NCBI GenBank assembly: GCA_963750615.1
Contig: CAVVRK010000006.1
Location: 132,017-196,016 of the forward strand
From: an uncultured Alphaproteobacteria bacterium
GTDB taxonomy: Bacteria; Pseudomonadota; Alphaproteobacteria; Sphingomonadales; Sphingomonadaceae
Reading direction: 5' to 3'
DNA: 64,000 bases
In this document: piece by piece, positions 1 through 11,618 of the stretch
Numbering within the stretch: position 1 is the first letter of the stretch
Layout of the letters: each line of letters begins with the position of its first letter
Position numbers and translations under genes: made by a program
Notes under the pieces: generated by a model
What the model was told of the DNA's origin: nothing
The model's database searches: none
What the model saw: the letters and a program-made list of their open reading frames with translations, nothing else

Positions 1-671
1 TTCCTTTTCAGCATGGCGACCTCGTGGCCAAAGTCGCGGTGCTGAGCGAAGCGGATTTTCATGATCTTAACCGACCAACGGCCTCCGCCGTTTCTGTCTG
101 GGCGCGATTTGCCCAGCCTTCGCGCCTTGTCTGGTGCGCCGATGACGAAGCGCAACAATCGGCCATCATGGCCATTGCGGGCGCGGCGCCGACATTGCTG
201 AATGCGGCGCTTGCTTTTGCTGAACGCGATGCCGGCGTACTCGACCTGTGGCAATCCGGGTTTCAACTAACGTACAGCGCCGAACTACGTGCCGAGCGCA
301 AAGACCGGCCATCGTCTGTGATTACATTTGACCCCGAACGCTATCTGCGTTTCGGCGCAGCGGCGCTTCACCACACGATGATCGCCAATGAGCTGCGCGG
401 CGACAAAATTGTTCTACTGCCAGGCGCAAAGGGCAGGATCGTTCAGGAAAAAGGACGGTGGCCGGGTTTGCGGCGGCGCGGCAAATTGCTCACCGTCGCC
501 CGTCTTGCCAAAGCTGCATTTACCTATGCTGGCGGAATTGACTATCTGGCCTGGAAGATAAACCGTCACGCAGGTACGCAGATCGAGGTGCGCCCATGGC
601 AGCGCAAATGGCCGCTGGTCGCGGCACTTTTTCTGGTGCCCAAATTATTGGCCAAGGGCGCAGTGCGCTAA
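1..671 (+). CDS. hypothetical protein, probably 5'-partial
   Basis: ORF 24..671 has no in-frame stop upstream as far as nt 3, so it likely continues left of the window. I recognise no motif. It lies next to the spt cluster. Confidence 0.45.
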   Translation, partial: PFQHGDLVAKVAVLSEADFHDLNRPTASAVSVWARFAQPSRLVWCADDEAQQSAIMAIAGAAPTLLNAALAFAERDAGVLDLWQSGFQLTYSAELRAERKDRPSSVITFDPERYLRFGAAALHHTMIANELRGDKIVLLPGAKGRIVQEKGRWPGLRRRGKLLTVARLAKAAFTYAGGIDYLAWKINRHAGTQIEVRPWQRKWPLVAALFLVPKLLAKGAVR

Positions 672-1322
672 AGTACCGACAGCTTTGGTCTGCTCAATAA
701 GGCCAGTCCGAACGCACCCGCATAAACTGCGGGCACCCAGAGGCTGGCAAAGCCGAATATGCCAAATAACATAGCGCCGAGCGCTGCCCCGCTGACCAGC
801 CCAAGCCAGAGCAGAAGATAGGGCAGCCAATCAAGACGCGCACCCCCGCTGATGCAGGTTGCAAGCCCCTGGCCGATTTTGACCAGTGCGCCCGTCATGT
901 AGGTTAGTCCGAAAGACACAGATCCTTCCCGCTCAAAAAGCGTGTTTTCCAGTCCCATGCAAAATGCGGCAAGGCACAAGCCAACCGGAAGATACCCAGT
1001 GTCTGCGATCAACGGCGCCAGAAGAAGCAACAACGATATGATGATGAGGATGAACGCCTGCCGCCGCGCAGCCGAAAGCACATTTCTGCGGCCAATCAGC
1101 GAGCCTGTGACAACGCCTGCCACAAAGCTCGACAACAATAAGCGCAACCAATCCGACATAAGGCGCGCCTTCAACGAGCCCAACACTGAAACGGGTTGAA
1201 TTGCCGCTCATGAATGACAGAAAGAAGCCGCCACTGGCGAGAAATCCAATGGCATCGACCATGCCCGCCATGGCCGCAAAACTTACGGCCAATACACGGG
1301 CATTGCGATCAAGCCTGTTCAT
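668..1322 (-). pseudogene. DUF1275/YoaK-family membrane protein, frameshifted
   Basis: The N-terminal half (MNRLDRNARVLAVSFAAMAGMVDAIGFLASGGFFLSFMSGNSTRF...) is in the frame of ORF 933..1412. The C-terminal half (...FVAGVVTGSLIG...GLTYMTGALVKIGQG...) is in the frame of ORF 668..1186. The frames switch near 1121-1150. Confidence 0.6.
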
Positions 1323-1332
1323 ATTCCCGTCG

Positions 1333-2532
1333 TCAAATGATCCCGACAGCCTTGCCCGCCCGTTCGAACCGGTCGAGAATGTCGGCGACTTGCGCGCTGC
1401 TGTGCTCGGCACATAACGAGCATCGCAGCAAGGTCATGCCCGCTGGCGTTGCGGGTGGGCGCGCAAGATTTACGTAAAGTCCGTTTTCAAGCAACGCCGC
1501 CCACATCGCCGCGCCTTTTTCCAGATCGGGCATGATGACCGCGATAATGGCGCTCTGTGCATTTGGTGTGCCCAACTGAAAACCAAGATCACGTAGCCCC
1601 TGATGCAGGTTTTTGGAATTTTCCCACAGATGCGCGCGCTTGTTATGGTTGTGCATCAGCTTGCGGATGCTTGTGGCCGAACAGGCAACTACCGCCGGTG
1701 GCAGCGATGCGGTAAACACATAAGGACGGCACACAAGACGCATGATTTCAAACTTCGGGTGGTTCGACACGCAGAAACCGCCAACCGTGCCGACCGATTT
1801 GGAGAATGTGCCGATGACGAAATCGACATCGTCAAGGACGCCCTGCTCTTCGGCAACACCGCGACCATTTTCCCCGATGAAGCCCATGGAATGTGCCTCA
1901 TCAACCAGGATCATCGCGCCAGCCTCTTTCGACACGCGGATCATTTCCTTCAGGGGCGCCACATCGCCGAGCATGGAATAAACACCCTCAAGCACAACCA
2001 ATTTTCCGGCGTCAGCAGGCAAACGCTTCAGGCGCTTTTCCAGTGCCTCGACGTCATTATGGCGGAACGCAACGATTTCGGCGTCGCCCATTTTGCAACC
2101 GTCGTAGATGGACGCGTGGCTGTCGATGTCGAGGATGATGTAATCGCCCTTGCCCGCAATCGTGCTGATGATTCCCAGGTTCGCCTGATAGCCAGTGGAA
2201 AAGACCATGGCATGGTCCATCCCGTAAAATTCTTTCAGCGCATCTTCGCACTCCTTGTGGCCCTGAAAAGTGCCATTCAACACCCGGCTTCCCGTTGTGC
2301 CAGCGCCAAACTCGTCCAATGCCTGCTTGCCCGCCGCAATCACATCCGGGTCGAAAGTCATGCCCATATAATTATAGGTGCCAAGCAAGATTGTTTCCTT
2401 GCCATTGACGACAGCGACGGTCGGTGATTTCACCTCTTCCATCACGAGGCTGAACGGGTCCTTCACACCTGTGGCAAGCAAACCTTCACGTTGCGCGATG
2501 AGGGCGTCAAATTTGGAGAACAAGTCGGTCAT
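1333..2532 (-). CDS. spt: serine palmitoyltransferase (PLP-dependent alpha-oxoamine synthase)
   Basis: 399 aa. Near-colinear with Sphingomonas SPT as I remember it (LLGTYNYMGMTFDPDVIAAGK, VLEGVYSMLGD, GTFSKSVGTVGGF with the PLP lysine, ARPPATPAG). Confidence 0.95.
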   Translation of the reverse strand: MTDLFSKFDALIAQREGLLATGVKDPFSLVMEEVKSPTVAVVNGKETILLGTYNYMGMTFDPDVIAAGKQALDEFGAGTTGSRVLNGTFQGHKECEDALKEFYGMDHAMVFSTGYQANLGIISTIAGKGDYIILDIDSHASIYDGCKMGDAEIVAFRHNDVEALEKRLKRLPADAGKLVVLEGVYSMLGDVAPLKEMIRVSKEAGAMILVDEAHSMGFIGENGRGVAEEQGVLDDVDFVIGTFSKSVGTVGGFCVSNHPKFEIMRLVCRPYVFTASLPPAVVACSATSIRKLMHNHNKRAHLWENSKNLHQGLRDLGFQLGTPNAQSAIIAVIMPDLEKGAAMWAALLENGLYVNLARPPATPAGMTLLRCSLCAEHSSAQVADILDRFERAGKAVGII

Positions 2533-2550
2533 GAACGTCTTCCGTTATAG

Positions 2551-2835
2551 TTATGCGGCGGTCATCTTGGTCACGGCGTCGACAAGCTGGCCGACATTTT
2601 CGATCTCAGCCTGTAAATTCATGCTGATGATTATGTCGAAACTGTCCTCGACTTCAGCCACAAAATCCATGACGGTCAGGCTGTCCCATTCAAGGTCGCC
2701 CGCAAAGGTCGTTGCTTCGCTGACTTCAACGCCTTTTTTGTTGAATGGATCAATCAACCCCTTGAGGCGATCGAACATTTCACTCCGGTCAGTCATACAT
2801 AAATCCTCGAATTTTTGTGGCGGGCACTTCGCCAT
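2551..2835 (-). CDS. acyl carrier protein (sphingolipid-cluster ACP)
   Basis: 94 aa and acidic, with the DSL phosphopantetheine-site motif (LEWDSLTVMDF). Immediately upstream of spt in the same operon. Confidence 0.85.
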   Translation of the reverse strand: MAKCPPQKFEDLCMTDRSEMFDRLKGLIDPFNKKGVEVSEATTFAGDLEWDSLTVMDFVAEVEDSFDIIISMNLQAEIENVGQLVDAVTKMTAA

Positions 2836-2887
2836 ATCCGCGCGCTATGGCAAGGGAATAAGGCGGCAAGAGGGCAAAATGTGATGG

Positions 2888-3792
2888 CTACATCCAGCGA
2901 TGTTCCTGATACCAACGGACTGTGTCCGCAAGCCCCGTCGGCGTAGCTATTTCCGCCTTCCAAAGACTTTGTGGGGGCGCTGCTTCGGGGTCAACGGTCC
3001 AGTCAGGATGTGCAAGATAACTTGCCCGGTCAGGCGTAAGCTTTGCCTTCGGCCCGCGCAAGGCACGGTCAGCCCGTCCCGCAATTTTGAGTAGCAGTGC
3101 CGGGGCATGAACTGTTGTTATGTCTCGTCCGACGGCTGTGCCAATGGCTTTTGCAAAATCCTCATGGCTCCAACCTCGCGCAGTGCCGTCATCAGCTTCC
3201 AAAATACGCTGCGACAAATTTTCAGCCGACAATGTCGCTGCCAACAGTCGCGCCAGATCGCCGACATGGATCACTGACACGCGCCCGCGCGGCGGTAGCA
3301 ATGCCCAGCCTTTCGCCGCAATGCGAAACATATCGAACATCTCGGTATCACCCGGGCCATAAACGCCGGGTGGACGGATGATCGTCCAATCAAACGACGA
3401 TGCGCCCACCAGATCCTCTGCCTTTGCTTTGCTTGCGCCATACATCGACAGTGACGGATGGCGGGCTGCCAAGGACGAGACATGGACGAAGCGGCTGATG
3501 CCGGCTGACTGCGCAGCCGCAAGCATATTTGCCGTGCCAGTGACATTGCCGCTTTCAAAACCGGCGGCATCGGGTGCGTTCACGACGCCAGCGACATGCA
3601 AGACAGCCTGAGCGACGCTGCACAGATCGTTGAGGCTGGTTTGATCATCAAGACGGCCATGCACCCAGGTTACGCCCGCTTTTTTTGGCTGGTCGCGGCG
3701 TGTCAGCGCGCGCACATGCCATCCGTCAGCAACCAGCCGGTCAAGCGTTACGCGCCCGACAAATCCGGTGGCACCTGTTAAAGCAACGGTCT

Positions 3793-3796
<4 letters not shown>
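2888..3796 (-). CDS. NAD-dependent epimerase/dehydratase (SDR) family protein; possible ceramide-pathway reductase
   Basis: 302 aa with an N-terminal Rossmann motif GATGFVG. Its position beside ACP-spt matches the bacterial ceramide clusters described in Caulobacter. The functional link is inference. Confidence 0.75.
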
Positions 3797-6011
<2,215 letters not shown>

Positions 6012-6027
6012 TCAAAACCCTAGCCCG

Positions 6028-6116
6028 TCGCCCTGAACTTGTTTCAGGGTCCATCGTGCATCTCAACTCTTCGGGTGAAGCTGGCAAATGGATGCTGAGA
6101 CAAGTTCAGCATGACG
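6028..6116 (+). repeat. double-hairpin intergenic repeat, copy 1
   Basis: GTCGCCCTGAACTTGTTTCAGGGTCCA ... ATGGATGCTGAGACAAGTTCAGCATGACG. Two hairpins (CCCTGAA/TTCAGGG and ATGCTGA/TCAGCAT). A second copy lies at 9026-9115. Confidence 0.65.
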
Positions 6117-6131
6117 TGTGCGAAAAACAAA

Positions 6132-6207
6132 TGGTGGAGCCTAGGGGAGTCGAACCCCTGACCTCTACACTGCCAGTGTAGCGCTCTACCAGCTGAGCTA
6201 AGGCCCC
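6132..6207 (-). tRNA. tRNA-Ala (anticodon GGC)
   Basis: The reverse complement GGGGCCTTAGCTCAGCTGGTAGAGCGCTACACTGGCAGTGTAGAGGTCAGGGGTTCGACTCCCCTAGGCTCCACCA folds as a cloverleaf. G3:U70 identity pair, anticodon loop CTGGCAG, encoded CCA. Confidence 0.9.
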
Positions 6208-6281
6208 ATCGCGCCGTCCAGAAGACGGCATTGGTGAGGAGCGCCACTAGCGGGCGCTCCTGCATATATCAAGCAAGAAGA

Positions 6282-6599
6282 TTAGATATCGTCAGGCTCA
6301 TCTTCGGTGCCAGCAACACCCAGATCCTCGTCACCGCCCAAGTCGACATCATTGTCCGGCGAGACATCGCCATCGACGGCGTCAACATCGATATCGAGAT
6401 CGTCATCGGCCAGATCGGCGTCGTCCTTCTTCTTCTCGACTTCTTCAAACGGCAATGGCTGTTTCGATTTCAGAACTGGTTCAGGTGTCCACTGATTGCC
6501 GCATTCGATGCATTCAACTGGTTCGTCCTTGGTAAGGTCGTAAAAACGTACGCCACATTTCGGGCAAGTGCGCTTGGTTCCCCATTCAGCCTTGATCAT
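6282..6599 (-). CDS. zinc-ribbon protein with acidic tail (TIGR02300 / FYDLN_acid-like)
   Basis: 105 aa. MIKAEWGTKRTCPKCGVRFYDL...CIECG, then a D/E-rich C-terminus. Confidence 0.7.
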   Translation of the reverse strand: MIKAEWGTKRTCPKCGVRFYDLTKDEPVECIECGNQWTPEPVLKSKQPLPFEEVEKKKDDADLADDDLDIDVDAVDGDVSPDNDVDLGGDEDLGVAGTEDEPDDI

Positions 6600-6724
6600 G
6601 GCGGGTTAATTCCTTTTTAAACTGGTTTGGAAGGGCGATGCACATCCGTGAATCACCGTCAATTGGCGCGGCCTTTGCCACAGCGGCACGCCGCTGTCAA
6701 AAATTACTGTGGTCGTTGACTTGA

Positions 6725-8089
6725 GTGCGCATCATCCGCAAAGCGCAAAAGGTCATGCACAACGTTCAGCCCCGACCCGGAATGTTTCAACCCATTGGCC
6801 CGTTACGCGGCACAGCCAAGGTGCCAGGTGACAAATCCATCTCGCATCGCGCACTTATGCTCAGCGCACTCGCCATCGGCAAAAGCAGGATATCGGGGCT
6901 GCTTGAAGGTGAGGATGTGCTGGCGACCGCAGCTGCGATGCGCGCGATGGGCGCGGACATTACGCGGACGGGCGAAGGCGACTGGACCGTACACGGCGTC
7001 GGCGTCGGTGGCCTGATGCAGCCATCGGGCGCGCTCGATATGGGCAATAGCGGAACATCTACCCGTCTGCTGATGGGGTTAGTCGCAAGCCACAGGATTA
7101 TTGCTACCTTTACTGGTGACGCAAGTCTTTCAAAGCGTCCAATGGGGCGCGTGATTGACCCGGTAAGCCAAATGGGCGCGGAGTTTACGTCGAGTCCCGG
7201 CGGCACCCTGCCGTTGATGGTACGCGGACTGGTTCCGGCGGTCCCGATAAGCTACCGTCTTCCCGTCGCCTCCGCGCAGGTCAAAAGCGCCGTCCTGCTT
7301 GCCGGGCTGAACATCGCTGGCATAACGGAAGTCATCGAACCGGTGCCGACACGCGACCATAGCGAACGCATGCTGCGCGGGTTTGGTGCCAACCTGACGG
7401 TTGATGTAGATGCGAGTGGAGTCCGGCATATCCGGTTGATGGGTGAGGCGGAACTGACGCCGCAGCAGATTGAGGTCCCCGGCGATCCGTCCTCGGCTGC
7501 ATTCTTTGTAGTTGCTGCACTGATTACACCGGGTAGCGAAGTCACCGTCACGCATGTCGGCATGAACCCCACCCGCACGGGCATTTACAAGATGCTCGAG
7601 GCGATGGGCGCTGACCTGACATATTCCAACCAGCGCGAAGTGGGCGGGGAGCCCGTCGCCGATATCACTGCACGGCATTCCGCCTTGCGCGGGATCGAGG
7701 TTCCGCCGGAAGTTGCCCCGAGCATGATTGACGAGTTTCCGGTATTTTTTGTCGCTGCCAGCATGGCGCAAGGGCGGACGGTTACCAGCGGGCTGGACGA
7801 GCTGCGCGTGAAGGAATCGGACAGGTTGGCACTGATGGCCAGCGGCTTGAAGGCAATCGGCGCGCAGTTGGAAGAACGCGAAGATGGTTTGGTCATCGAT
7901 GGAACGGGCGGTGAACCGCTTGAGGGCGGTGCGACCGTCGCAAGCGCGCTCGACCATCGCATCGCGATGAGCTTCGCCGTAGCGGGCCAGCATTGCTATC
8001 ACGCGGTAACCGTTGATGATGTGTCGCCCATCGCAACCAGCTTCCCGACATTTGAAACAATCTTAAACGATCTGCAGGTTCAACATTGA
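6725..8089 (+). CDS. aroA: 3-phosphoshikimate 1-carboxyvinyltransferase (EPSP synthase)
   Basis: Motifs PGDKSISHRALML, LDMGNSGTSTRLL and RVKESDRL. The true start may be an internal Met (6755 or 6782). Confidence 0.93.
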   Translation: MRIIRKAQKVMHNVQPRPGMFQPIGPLRGTAKVPGDKSISHRALMLSALAIGKSRISGLLEGEDVLATAAAMRAMGADITRTGEGDWTVHGVGVGGLMQPSGALDMGNSGTSTRLLMGLVASHRIIATFTGDASLSKRPMGRVIDPVSQMGAEFTSSPGGTLPLMVRGLVPAVPISYRLPVASAQVKSAVLLAGLNIAGITEVIEPVPTRDHSERMLRGFGANLTVDVDASGVRHIRLMGEAELTPQQIEVPGDPSSAAFFVVAALITPGSEVTVTHVGMNPTRTGIYKMLEAMGADLTYSNQREVGGEPVADITARHSALRGIEVPPEVAPSMIDEFPVFFVAASMAQGRTVTSGLDELRVKESDRLALMASGLKAIGAQLEEREDGLVIDGTGGEPLEGGATVASALDHRIAMSFAVAGQHCYHAVTVDDVSPIATSFPTFETILNDLQVQH

Positions 8090-8373
8090 CCGAATATCTC
8101 TCACCTTTTGCTGCTGATCTGGTCGGTTTTGTGGGTAGCTTTTTCATTGTGGCTGCATTTGCGTATAGCAATCTGACCACCCAAATGAACGCCTTGTGGT
8201 TCAACGTCGCCAATTTCCTGGGCGCCGCATTGCTGACGATTTCACTGACCGTCAATTTCAACCTGCCGACAATGGTGCTGGAGGTTGTGTGGATGGCGAT
8301 TGCCCTGTTCGGTATTTCCAAGGCGCTGATGACGCGCAACGCGGCTGGCAAAGCCCAGGGCAATTCCAAATGA
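8086..8373 (+). CDS. small integral membrane protein
   Basis: 95 aa with about 3 hydrophobic helices. Start overlaps the aroA stop and stop overlaps the cmk start (ATGA), suggesting translational coupling. Confidence 0.6.
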   Translation: MTEYLSPFAADLVGFVGSFFIVAAFAYSNLTTQMNALWFNVANFLGAALLTISLTVNFNLPTMVLEVVWMAIALFGISKALMTRNAAGKAQGNSK

Positions 8374-8996
8374 TCATTGCCGTCGACGGGCCGACTGCCT
8401 CTGGCAAGGGAACGTTGGCAAAGGCACTTTCCGCGCATTTTGCGTTGCCGTTTCTTGATACCGGCATGCTGTACCGCGCCGTGGGACGGCAAGTGCAACT
8501 CAATCACGGCGATCCGGATAACCCGAGCGATGCGCTGGCCGGATGCGCGTTTCTCGACAGCTTACTGGACGACGCCATTTTGCGGACAGAGGAAGTTGGC
8601 GGGCTGGCAAGCCGGGTGTCGGTCCATCCGCTGGTACGCGCGGCGCTGAACCAGCGGCAAGTCGAGTTTGCCAACCAACCGGGCGGTGCTTTGCTTGACG
8701 GCCGTGACATCGGGACGGTCATAGCGCCGCATGCGGATGTAAAGCTGTTCGTGACTGCTCCCGCCGAAACCCGCGCCCGCAGACGTTATGATGAAATGCA
8801 GCGACACGGAATGGAAGTCGAATTTGCAGATATCCTGTCAGATATCCTTTCCCGCGACGCACGCGACATGGGACGCGTCGATTCACCGCTTAAACCCGCT
8901 GAAGACGCGCTATTGCTTGATACCGGCGATTTGACTATAGGCGACGCCGTTCAAGCCGCGATAGCGCTGGTGGAGTCACGGCTCCGCACGCGCTGA
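8370..8996 (+). CDS. cmk: cytidylate kinase
   Basis: MIIAVDGPTASGKGTLAKAL P-loop, then DTGMLYRAV. The ATG at 8370 was chosen inside ORF 8196..8996. Confidence 0.93.
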   Translation: MIIAVDGPTASGKGTLAKALSAHFALPFLDTGMLYRAVGRQVQLNHGDPDNPSDALAGCAFLDSLLDDAILRTEEVGGLASRVSVHPLVRAALNQRQVEFANQPGGALLDGRDIGTVIAPHADVKLFVTAPAETRARRRYDEMQRHGMEVEFADILSDILSRDARDMGRVDSPLKPAEDALLLDTGDLTIGDAVQAAIALVESRLRTR

Positions 8997-9025
8997 ACGG
9001 CGGGGCGTTCCAGATTGAGAACGCC

Positions 9026-9115
9026 GTCACCCTGAACTTGTTTCAGGGTCCATTTAGCCTCTGCACCCTGTGGTTTGTGTGGCACGATGGATGCTGAAAT
9101 ACACTCAGCATGACG
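9026..9115 (+). repeat. double-hairpin intergenic repeat, copy 2
   Basis: GTCACCCTGAACTTGTTTCAGGGTCCA ... ATGGATGCTGAAATACACTCAGCATGACG. Same ends and orientation as 6028-6116. Confidence 0.65.
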
Positions 9116-9244
9116 GATATACAATTCTGTAACCCTCTTAAAACGGACGCTTTTCTGCTATTCGGGCAGTAAGGCAACTCTGGTCAAAGACCGTCGGAAC
9201 CAACCGACTGGCCGGACAAAAAGTACGCAAGGAAACTCTAACCT

Positions 9245-10951
9245 ATGGCAACTTCGCCAAACCCGACCCGCGACGATTTCGCGGCACTTCTCGACGAATC
9301 ACTTGGTGGCGCAGACGGTGGCTTTGAAGGCCGCGTCGTAAAAGGCACCGTAACCGCAATCGACAATGACCATGCTGTCATCGATGTGGGTCTCAAATCC
9401 GAAGGCCGTGTGGCGCTGCGTGAATTCGCTATGCCCGGCCAGAAAGCCGACCTGAAGGTTGGCGACGAAGTCGAAGTCTTCGTTGACCGCGTAGAAAATA
9501 TGAATGGCGAAGCCATGCTGAGCCGTGATCGCGCCCGTCGCGAAGCAGCCTGGGATGTGCTTGAAGGCGAATTTGATGCCGGCAACCGCGTTGATGGCGT
9601 TATCTTCGGCCGCGTTAAGGGTGGTTTCACTGTTGATCTTGGCGGTGCAGTGGCATTCTTGCCCGGCAGCCAGGTTGACGTGCGCCCCGTACGCGACGTC
9701 GGTCCGTTGATGGACATCGCGCAGCCATTCGTCATTCTGAAGATGGACCGCAAGCGTGGCAACATCGTCGTATCGCGTCGCGCGATCCTGGAAGAAACAC
9801 GCGCAGAACAGCGCACCGGTCTCATCCAGAACCTAGCCGAAGGCCAGATCATCGACGGCGTGGTCAAGAATATCACCGATTATGGTGCGTTCGTCGACCT
9901 TGGCGGCATCGACGGCCTGCTGCACGTAACCGACATCAGCTACAAGCGTATCAACCACCCAAGCGAAGTCATCAACATTGGTGACACCGTCAAGGTACAG
10001 ATCGTCCGTATCAACAAGGACACACAGCGCATCAGCCTTGGCATGAAGCAACTCGAGAGCGATCCTTGGGATGCAGCCGTTGCCAAATATCCTGTTGGCA
10101 CAAAGCTTAAGGGCGCAGTCACGAATATCACCGAATATGGTGCGTTCATCGAACTCGAAGCCGGCATTGAAGGCTTGGTCCATGTTTCGGAAATGTCCTG
10201 GACCAAGAAGAACGTGCACCCTGGCAAGATCGTTTCGACCAGCCAGGAAGTCGACGTTGTCGTTCTCGACATCGACATGGAAAAGCGCCGCATTTCGCTT
10301 GGCCTCAAGCAAGCGCATGACAATCCATGGGCATCGTTCGCCGAGAAGTTCCCAGTTGGCTCGACTGTTGAAGGCGAAGTCAAAAATGCAACCGAATTCG
10401 GTCTGTTCATTGGCCTCGACGGCGACGTCGACGGCATGGTGCACATGTCGGACATCGCATGGGGCATCACGGGTGAAGAAGCGCTGCATCTCCACCGCAA
10501 GGGTGAGACCGTCAAGGCAATCGTTCTCGACATCGATGCGGAGAAAGAGCGCATTTCGCTTGGTATCAAGCAGCTGGAAAAGGGTGCCCCATCGGCAGCC
10601 GGTGCTGCTTCAGCAAGCGGCCTGAAGAAGGGCGCAACTACCACCGTGACTGTGCTTGAAGTGCGCGATGGCGGACTTGAAGTGCAAGCGGGTGAAGATG
10701 GCGCAACTGGCTTCATCAAGCGCGCCGACCTTGGCCGTGACCGTGACGAGCAACGTCCGGATCGTTTCCAGGTTGGTCAGAAGTTCGACGCGATGATCAC
10801 CGGTTTCGACCGTTCGAAAAAGCCGAACTTCTCGGTCAAGGCGCTTCAGCTTGCAGAAGAAAAGCAAGCCGTTGAGCAATATGGTTCGTCGGACTCCGGC
10901 GCATCGCTTGGCGACATCTTGGGCGAAGCTCTGAAGGGCGTGAAGAAGTAA
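9245..10951 (+). CDS. rpsA: 30S ribosomal protein S1
   Basis: 568 aa with six S1 repeats (e.g. GxVxxITDYGAFVDLGGIDGLLHVTDIS). Confidence 0.97.
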   Translation: MATSPNPTRDDFAALLDESLGGADGGFEGRVVKGTVTAIDNDHAVIDVGLKSEGRVALREFAMPGQKADLKVGDEVEVFVDRVENMNGEAMLSRDRARREAAWDVLEGEFDAGNRVDGVIFGRVKGGFTVDLGGAVAFLPGSQVDVRPVRDVGPLMDIAQPFVILKMDRKRGNIVVSRRAILEETRAEQRTGLIQNLAEGQIIDGVVKNITDYGAFVDLGGIDGLLHVTDISYKRINHPSEVINIGDTVKVQIVRINKDTQRISLGMKQLESDPWDAAVAKYPVGTKLKGAVTNITEYGAFIELEAGIEGLVHVSEMSWTKKNVHPGKIVSTSQEVDVVVLDIDMEKRRISLGLKQAHDNPWASFAEKFPVGSTVEGEVKNATEFGLFIGLDGDVDGMVHMSDIAWGITGEEALHLHRKGETVKAIVLDIDAEKERISLGIKQLEKGAPSAAGAASASGLKKGATTTVTVLEVRDGGLEVQAGEDGATGFIKRADLGRDRDEQRPDRFQVGQKFDAMITGFDRSKKPNFSVKALQLAEEKQAVEQYGSSDSGASLGDILGEALKGVKK

Positions 10952-10991
10952 GCTCAGGCTGCTCGAAACATCCGTTAAACAAGAAATAAAA

Positions 10992-11022
10992 ACCCGCTCC
11001 CGCTTCTGGGGGCGGGTTTTTT
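10992..11022 (+). terminator. rho-independent terminator after rpsA
   Basis: ACCCGCTCCC-GCTTCT-GGGGGCGGGT stem-loop followed by TTTTT. Confidence 0.7.
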
Positions 11023-11158
11023 CGTGCCTCTCTGGCACGTTGTGTGCCCAAAGCCGTTGTAATCTTGAAAAATTGCTGCCAGATTGGCCCTAGTAATTAT
11101 AGTTGGTAATTTACAACGCGTTGCGCCACAATCGCCGACCCAGAGCAAAGGACACAAT

Positions 11159-11437
11159 ATGATCCGTTCGGAATTGATCAAAAAGCTCGAGGCCGAGAAT
11201 CCCGAGCTGAAAACTGAAGAGATCGAAAAGATCGCTGATCTTTTTTTCAACCAGATAATACAGCGTCTCGCGGATGGCGGACGCGTTGAGCTGCGCGGCT
11301 TCGGCGCGTTTTCGACGCGCGACCGCAGTCCTCGCAAGGGACGCAATCCCCGCACTGGTGCATCTGTCGAGGTTCCGCCCAAGCGCGTGCCTTATTTCAA
11401 ACCGGGCAAGGAAGTCCGCGAACGCCTGAACAAATAA
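11159..11437 (+). CDS. ihfB: integration host factor subunit beta
   Basis: MIRSELIKKL...GGRVELRGFGAFSTRDRSPRKGRNPRTGASVEVPPKRVPYFKPGKE. ATG at 11159 within ORF 11084..11437. Confidence 0.9.
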   Translation: MIRSELIKKLEAENPELKTEEIEKIADLFFNQIIQRLADGGRVELRGFGAFSTRDRSPRKGRNPRTGASVEVPPKRVPYFKPGKEVRERLNK

Positions 11438-11494
11438 GCGCTTTGCGCAAAGGCTCTTGACCCGCCACGCGTAATGCTGTCTGCGCGTGGTCAA

Positions 11495-11580
11495 GTGGAT
11501 GTGGCGGAATGGTAGACGCTACAGACTTAAAATCTGTTGTCCGTAAGGGCGTGCGGGTTCGAGTCCCGCCATCCGCACCA
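11495..11580 (+). tRNA. tRNA-Leu (anticodon UAA), type II with long variable arm
   Basis: GTGGATG acceptor pairs with CATCCGC. Anticodon stem-loop ACAGA-CTTAAAA-TCTGT, T-arm GGGTTCGAGTCCC, encoded CCA. Confidence 0.92.
11521..11580 (+). repeat. attL-side direct repeat (3' 60 nt of tRNA-Leu)
   Basis: 60/60 identical to 57786-57845. Confidence 0.9.
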
Positions 11581-11618
11581 GTATTAAACTACTGTTTTAT
11601 CGATATAATGGTGTTAAC

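Noticed and set aside
7130-8002. 290-aa ORF antisense to aroA, and similar ORFs inside spt (1603..2427), the S41 peptidase gene (43388..44101), nhaA (46747..47385) and SLC13 (52032..52751)
   Set aside because: They overlap well-supported genes in other frames or on the other strand and have Arg/Gly/His-rich nonsense composition.
9238-10719. Long antisense ORFs (9238..9876, 9833..10495, 9940..10719) opposite rpsA
   Set aside because: Their Ser/Pro/Arg/Thr-rich composition is the typical shadow of a high-GC gene. rpsA on the + strand is unambiguous.
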